A DNA stretch of 56,057 nt, filler included, from Diploschistes diacapsis (Eukaryota), in the NCBI GenBank assembly GCA_023645945.1. It is 4 parts of 4 records of this genome, joined end to end, with 100 filler letters (N's around TTAATTAATTAA, not from the genome) between each part and the next. Parts side by side here need not be neighbours in the genome. Positions count along the whole stretch, not along the records: positions 42,175 to 56,057 come from JALAIB010000628.1; 3 more parts are not named here. One strand, 5' to 3'. Shown piece by piece: positions 50,586 to 56,057 of the stretch (the first letter of the stretch is position 1; each line of letters begins with the position of its first letter). The notes under the pieces are model-generated. The model saw nothing but the letters and a program-made list of their open reading frames with translations, did not search any database and was not told the DNA's origin. The position numbers and the translations under genes were made by a program.

Positions 50586-51916
50586 TATTGCGCAGCAAGT
50601 GAGAGATTGTGGTTGTGGTCGGATCAGATCTTAGGAATTATCCCCAAACGCGCGAGCCCAGCTCTTTCAGTTGATCTCGATCCCGGCCTCGACAGGTGTA
50701 CAGAAGACGCCGGATGGATCGGGGTTTGTTGGACGCCAGGGATGATCAAGGCCAGTGAATAGTTGTTTCAGACCCGCCAGCGGTAGTGTTCACGGTTACG
50801 GCCAGTACCAGTACACAGGCAGGATCGCCACAAAGACGTAGCTTGCCGAAATGAGATGGGTCGCACGAGCGTTGGAGTAGGACAGAGGGCAATGACGGTG
50901 TCTGGATTGCGCTTCAGCCACAGCGTGATTGAGAGGGTGGATGAAACGAAGAGCAGGCAATTAGCGGAGGGTAGGTTTATTGAATCCACTGGCGATAAGC
51001 ACAAGTCGCATCGAATTCCATCGAAGGGGTACCGAGTAAAACGCAAAGTAAACTTGCCGTAGCTTTTCGTACTGGTGGTTAAGGTGTGCAGATGAAAGGA
51101 GGTGGGATTCGCATGAGGCTATCAGCTCGAAGAGGGTGCGGTAGCGCTGCCCTCCGAGTGCGCCAGCTTTTGTCACCTATTGGCGAAACGCAATTCAGGT
51201 GCAAAAGATGTGATGCTTCTAGATGTTCAAACAGCTGCTTTTGAGGCTCTCGAGACTCGTGAACGGAGAGTGCCGCAGAAACGGGAAATGGAAAGTGGGA
51301 TATGGATACGCGGAGGGGGGCGCTGACTAGCAGTAAAGAAGGGGGTTTCACTACCGAATCGTATATATTGCGATGCAAAGCTCAGCCCTACGTGTCCAGT
51401 ACTTGTCTAATTTTGCTGACATCTAATAATCGCCAAGTATCCTGTACTGTCTGAGAGATCCATACAGAATGAGCCTCATTTATAGGAGCATTCAGCTGCA
51501 CCGCGCCTACTTTCTAGCTTCTCCCTGGACACTGCAGAGAATAGGCTAGGCGGACAAAAGTCGCAAGGTCAGTCATATAATCTAACGGCATGACTTGTTA
51601 GATATAGGCTGTTGGACATAATTTCAGCGAGGATTAAAGTGGCAGGTGAAGCTTTCATGTAGGTAGTGAATGATGGAAGCAGCAACAGAGTTTGCCCGTG
51701 TGCTCTGCTTTATGTTGAATAACGTTAACTTTTATGTAGATATTGGTTTTTTATAAAGCCAACTGCACCTTGATATCCCTAGTTTTTGCACGCTAGGATA
51801 ATTTGGGTATCTGAGTCGTCGAGTCTATAAGCCCATGCATGCACCACGCCTTTGAACGCCGTTGAAGTGAAGTGGGAGTTTGGAAGGGCTGCCGGTGGTA
51901 AGGTCGTAAGGATCCA

Positions 51917-54900
51917 TTAGAATAGTCCGTCAATCTCGCCGGTCTCGGGATCCACATCCACATTCAGGTAGCCAGGCGCTGTTGGAAGGCCTGGAATAGT
52001 CTGAATATCAGCAGCTAAGGCATATCTATAATGCGAATTAGAATTGATACGTAAAGAGGAAGGCAATAATAGTAATGGTTGGCACATCGAATACCTCTCC
52101 TGCGATGTTGTGCCCACGTAAGAGCTCCAGACACGCTTCAAGCCAATTATAAAGTAACCCTGAGATACTCGATGTTCTCCCCAGAACCTTCAGGTTTGCT
52201 TCGTAATTGATCCAAAGCATATTTGGAGCTCTTTTGTGGGTTACAAAGTAGTGAAAGGGGTGTTGCAGCGCCAATTATTATTAATATCGCCTGAGAGGCT
52301 TGTTTGATACTCACAGGTAACCGGCACCAACAGCCAATCTGACATCCCGGATGGGCACCGTAAAGCCCGACGGCGCGCCTTTCAAGCTCGGGTCATGACT
52401 CAAAGAGTATTGCGTTTTGGCAATGCAGATCGGCAAGTTCGAAAACCCCTGCTTCTCGTAGGTATCAACCTTTTTCTGCGCAAGCTCGCTGAACTCGACC
52501 CGGTCGGCGCCGTACATGCTACAGGCAATCTTCTCAATGCGCTGCTGAACGTTGCCCTCGAGGTTGTAGAGCAACTTGAAATCCTTTGACTGGGCACTCG
52601 CTGCGATAACGCTCTTAGCAAGGTCCACAGCTCCTGCACCTCCTTCTGCCCAGTGATTAGCGGCCGTAGCGTCGCGAGCGCCGGCAGCTAGAGCCTCTTC
52701 CCGAATGACGCCGATCTCAGCGTCAGTGTCCGTCTCCATTCTGTTGATAGCAACAACAACAGGGATGCCATAGGAACAAGCATTAGAGACTTGCTTGCGC
52801 AGATTCACGCAGCCCTTTCGAAGAACGTCGACGTTCTCGGTTCGGTAGACTTCAGAAAGAGGTGCGCCCGGTGAGATTTCGGGTCCACCACCGTGTGTCT
52901 TTAAAGCTCGTACGGTAGCGACGACGACAACGCAATCAGGAACTAGTCCCGAGGAACGGCACTTGATGTTAAAGAAACGTTCGCCCCCCATGGTGAAATC
53001 GAAGCCCGCCTCTGTAACTACAAAGCCGACCTTCTCATTATGATCCTCATCCGGCTCCGTTCCTGCAAGCTTAAGCGCAAGCTTGTCTGCCAATACGGAG
53101 TTCGCTCCGATGCTGATGTTTGCGAAGGGGCCGGCATGGACAAAGGTTGGAGTGCCTTCCAGTGACTGCATCAGATTGGGCTTGATCGCATCCCTCATCA
53201 ATGCTGTCAGGGCTCCTCCGGCACCGATATCGTCACAAGTGACTGGATCACCTCTCTTGGATGAAGCAACAACCATCTTTCCCAAGCGCTCGCGCATATC
53301 CGCCAGATCGTTACTCAATGCCAGGATAGCCATGCATTCGCTAGCCACGGAAATGTCAAAGGCGGTTTGCCTCGTCAGCCCCTTCTCTGTGGCAGCCTGG
53401 CCAATCGTAATGCCACGCAGATGCCGATCGTTCACGTCCAGTACCCGCCGCCATGTTAGCGTGTCCGGTTCGATATCTAGTCTTGCAAACTTGTTGACCT
53501 CCTCTGGCGTAAGCTCGTTGGGATCAGTCTTGGTTATGCCGAGTTTCTGTAGACGCCTAAGCATCGAAGGCCGAAATTCTCTCTTCCCTTTCTTCTCTGG
53601 TACTAAACGTTTGTAGAGAGGACCATCTTTCTGAGTGGCTTCGTGAAACATTCTCGTGTCTATAGCAGCAGCCAACAGGTTGTTCGCTGCTGAGATGGCA
53701 TGAATATCTCCAGTCAAATGTAAGTTGAACTCATCCATGGGAATGACCTGGCTATAACCTCCACCGGCCGCACCACCCTTGACACCAAACGTTGGACCTT
53801 GACTTGGCTGTCTGACGTTGGCGAAAGCAACCTTGCCAAGATGGGCTCCTAGAGCCTGCGTAAGTCCCATAGTAGTCGTTGATTTCCCTTCCCCAAGTGG
53901 AGTCGGAGTGATACCAGTAACAAGGATGTACCGGCCATTGCGCCGATGCTCCAGACGCTTCAGCAACGAAAGATCAACCTTTGCTTTGTATGCACCGTAA
54001 GGTTCTAGTTCATGAGATAGTATACCAACCTCCGCTCCTACTTGCGTTATTAGCTTGGGTTGCTGATTTCTTGACACAGCTATATCGGATGGCACCGGTT
54101 TCTGCAATTTCAATGGCAAGGGAGTGATATGACGAGCTTTCTGCTTCTCAAAGTAATTTGTTGCTGCGTCGACGACATTCTGTAGGAGCATTGCCACAGT
54201 CATGGGCCCAATCCCGCCTGGAACAGGTGTAATCATTGACGCCACCTGCGCAGCAGACTCATAATCGACATCTCCTACCATCTTCTGACCCGACTTTTTC
54301 GTCACATCAGGAATGAAATTGATACCAACGTCAATGACCACAGCCCCAGGCTTCAGCCAGCTTCCCTGAACAAAGTTCGCTTTGCCAATCGCAGCGATGA
54401 CGATATCCGAATCCTTGACGATGGCCTCGATATCCTTGGTACCGCTGTGACATATCGTCACGGTGGCATCTGCATTTCTCAAAAGAAAACTGACGGGACT
54501 ACCAACGATATCGCTTCGCCCAAGCACAACGGCTTTTTTACCCTTTATTTCCACACCACTCTTTTCGAGTACGACCATGACCCCTTTGGGTGTGCACGGA
54601 ACGAACAATGGTTTTCCACCTCGCTTGGCTAGTTCGCCAATGTTCCTAGTCCCAAATCCATCGACGTCCTTCTCCTCTGCAACTGCAGATGTCACGGCGT
54701 ACTCGGAGATGTGTTTGGGCAGTGGCAGCTGCACGAGCACTCCATGCACGGAAGTGTCATGGTTCAGCCGAGTAATGGTTTGGAGGAGCTCGGCCTCGGT
54801 AACAGCGTCGGGCAATTGCTTCAAAACGCAGCTGATGTTCGCTTCTTCTGCGGCCTTCAATTTCATGCGCACATACGTACTTGAGTCTGCGCGCTCGCCG

Positions 54901-55310
54901 ACCTGGAGGATAACGAGGGAAGGCTTGTATCTAGGGTTAGTAGCTTGGATTTCCTGGATACTATGATGGATCTTTTCCCTAATGCTTTTGGCGATGCCGA
55001 CGCCGTCGATCTTTTCTGCCGTCATTCTGCCAGGTGCTGAGGGAGAATTGCTCCCAGAGTGGGAAGTGGAACATGTAAGTTGACGCTTGTGAGGGTGGGA
55101 TAACGGCGGGGTAAATCCTGCGGGAACAGGCCTGGACTTTGACGCTTGACGAGCTGCGAATGAAGATTCGCGTGTCTGCTTCGGCAATTGGAAGCTCTCC
55201 ACGCGCTTGCTAGGTCGTATAGTATTGCCAGCTAAAGTCCTTTGAACCTGGACAGATCGAGCTGGTCTCACTCCTCCTCCAGCTCCTCTTGGTCCTACTA
55301 ACGATAACAT
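51917..55310 (-). CDS. ADE3: Trifunctional C1-tetrahydrofolate synthase (Ade3/Mis1 type) with N-terminal presequence-like extension; intron 52026-52314
   Basis: Dehydrogenase/cyclohydrolase motifs YVRMK, KDVDGF, PCTPKG, GRSDIVG, TPVPGGIGPMT; synthetase motifs TPTPLGEGKSTT, HAGPFANI, AKTQYS. The last exon YALAADIQTIPGLPTAP...IDGLF joins in frame (CT|A). Confidence 0.96.
52062..52291. repeat. 230-nt imperfect inverted repeat (two 102-nt arms, 26-nt loop) inside the C1-THF synthase last intron
   Basis: Arm 52062-52163 is about 67% identical to the reverse complement of arm 52190-52291 by manual alignment, including a perfect AAGAGCTCCA/TGGAGCTCTT core. Confidence 0.85.
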
Positions 55311-56057
55311 GGAAACCTAATAGTTGTTGGATTTCTAGCACTATGTATGCCGCACATAAAGAATCCAAAACCACTTCTATCAATCAATAAAATACCAAAG
55401 AACCAGAACATCGAGATATTGCACGTATGAACAGGAAGAAAGGACCAGCAGAACCTGATTCTTTTATTAATGGTTGACTTGGTACCAGACCGCCTAATGC
55501 TACCAGTGTTGTTAAAATTTTTTTAATCCCACTATCCCAGGCTAAGAATGTCTCCAAGCGCTCTCCAAGCTTTTTCCATACTCTCTCCGATCATAAGCCT
55601 TGGTCTTCCTGCTATAGTGCTCAATATAAATTCAAATACGCTTGGACTAGTTGTTCTCAACCTGAGCCTGCCACGAATCGAGGAATTAGTATCTTATCCA
55701 GCCCGCATTTATCTCAAGTCTCACATAGGTATCTGGCAAAATTGGGGTGCTTCTTGATTTCATCGAACGCCTATATAAAACGCGCATACCTACGACTCAG
55801 CACAGGTATCTTTATTATGGACTAGTACCTCGTGCAGGCTTATTTATCCAGGCCCTGAATTCACCATGAATGCCAGTTCTGCCAGCGGATATAGCCCAAG
55901 GTACAGAAAGGTAAGTCAACTTGCCTTCAGACAGTATGCTCCTCCAGTCGTGAGCTCCCAGTGTCCCTCCTTCAGTTGTGAGCTTGTCCTCGTCTTCCCG
56001 ACCACCCCAGAACCATTTCGCTTCGATGTCGCTTCGGAGAGAGAGAGGGGGGGAGGG

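Noticed and set aside
55548..55757. 69-aa hydrophobic ORF divergent from C1-THF synthase
   Set aside because: Short, with no recognisable family, and no consistent spliced continuation could be built before the window ends.

Overview
Eukaryotic DNA from a filamentous ascomycete (Pezizomycotina, inferred from the proteins and from the ~47-60 nt GT-AG introns with CTRAY-like branch points). The window is four separate contigs joined by three artificial 100-nt spacers (N-run/TTAATTAATTAA/N-run at 13980-14079, 28034-28133 and 42075-42174), so adjacency across the spacers has no biological meaning. Most genes are conserved housekeeping genes: HEM1, PHA2, SLP1-like SUN protein, DIS3 (truncated by a gap), VMA13, CLF1, a LARP1-type La/DM15 protein, YPK1/gad8, PGI1, ADA2, MSH2, a Gap1-type RasGAP and C1-THF synthase. 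There are also three proteins of unknown function and repeat remnants at contig ends. The most notable signals are: (1) a 230-nt fold-back with two 102-nt arms filling the unusually long last intron of C1-THF synthase; (2) a ~1.2-kb leader with a single ATG upstream of the LARP1-type gene; (3) a recurring C-rich to G-rich strand-skew switch near gene 3' ends; (4) an apparently obligatory GTCGAT...GAG intron in MSH2; (5) two MITE/hAT-like remnants; and (6) an orphan 7-TM-like protein and a candidate PP1-docking protein. No tRNA, rRNA, CRISPR or secondary-metabolite cluster was seen. All calls were made by eye, without database searches.
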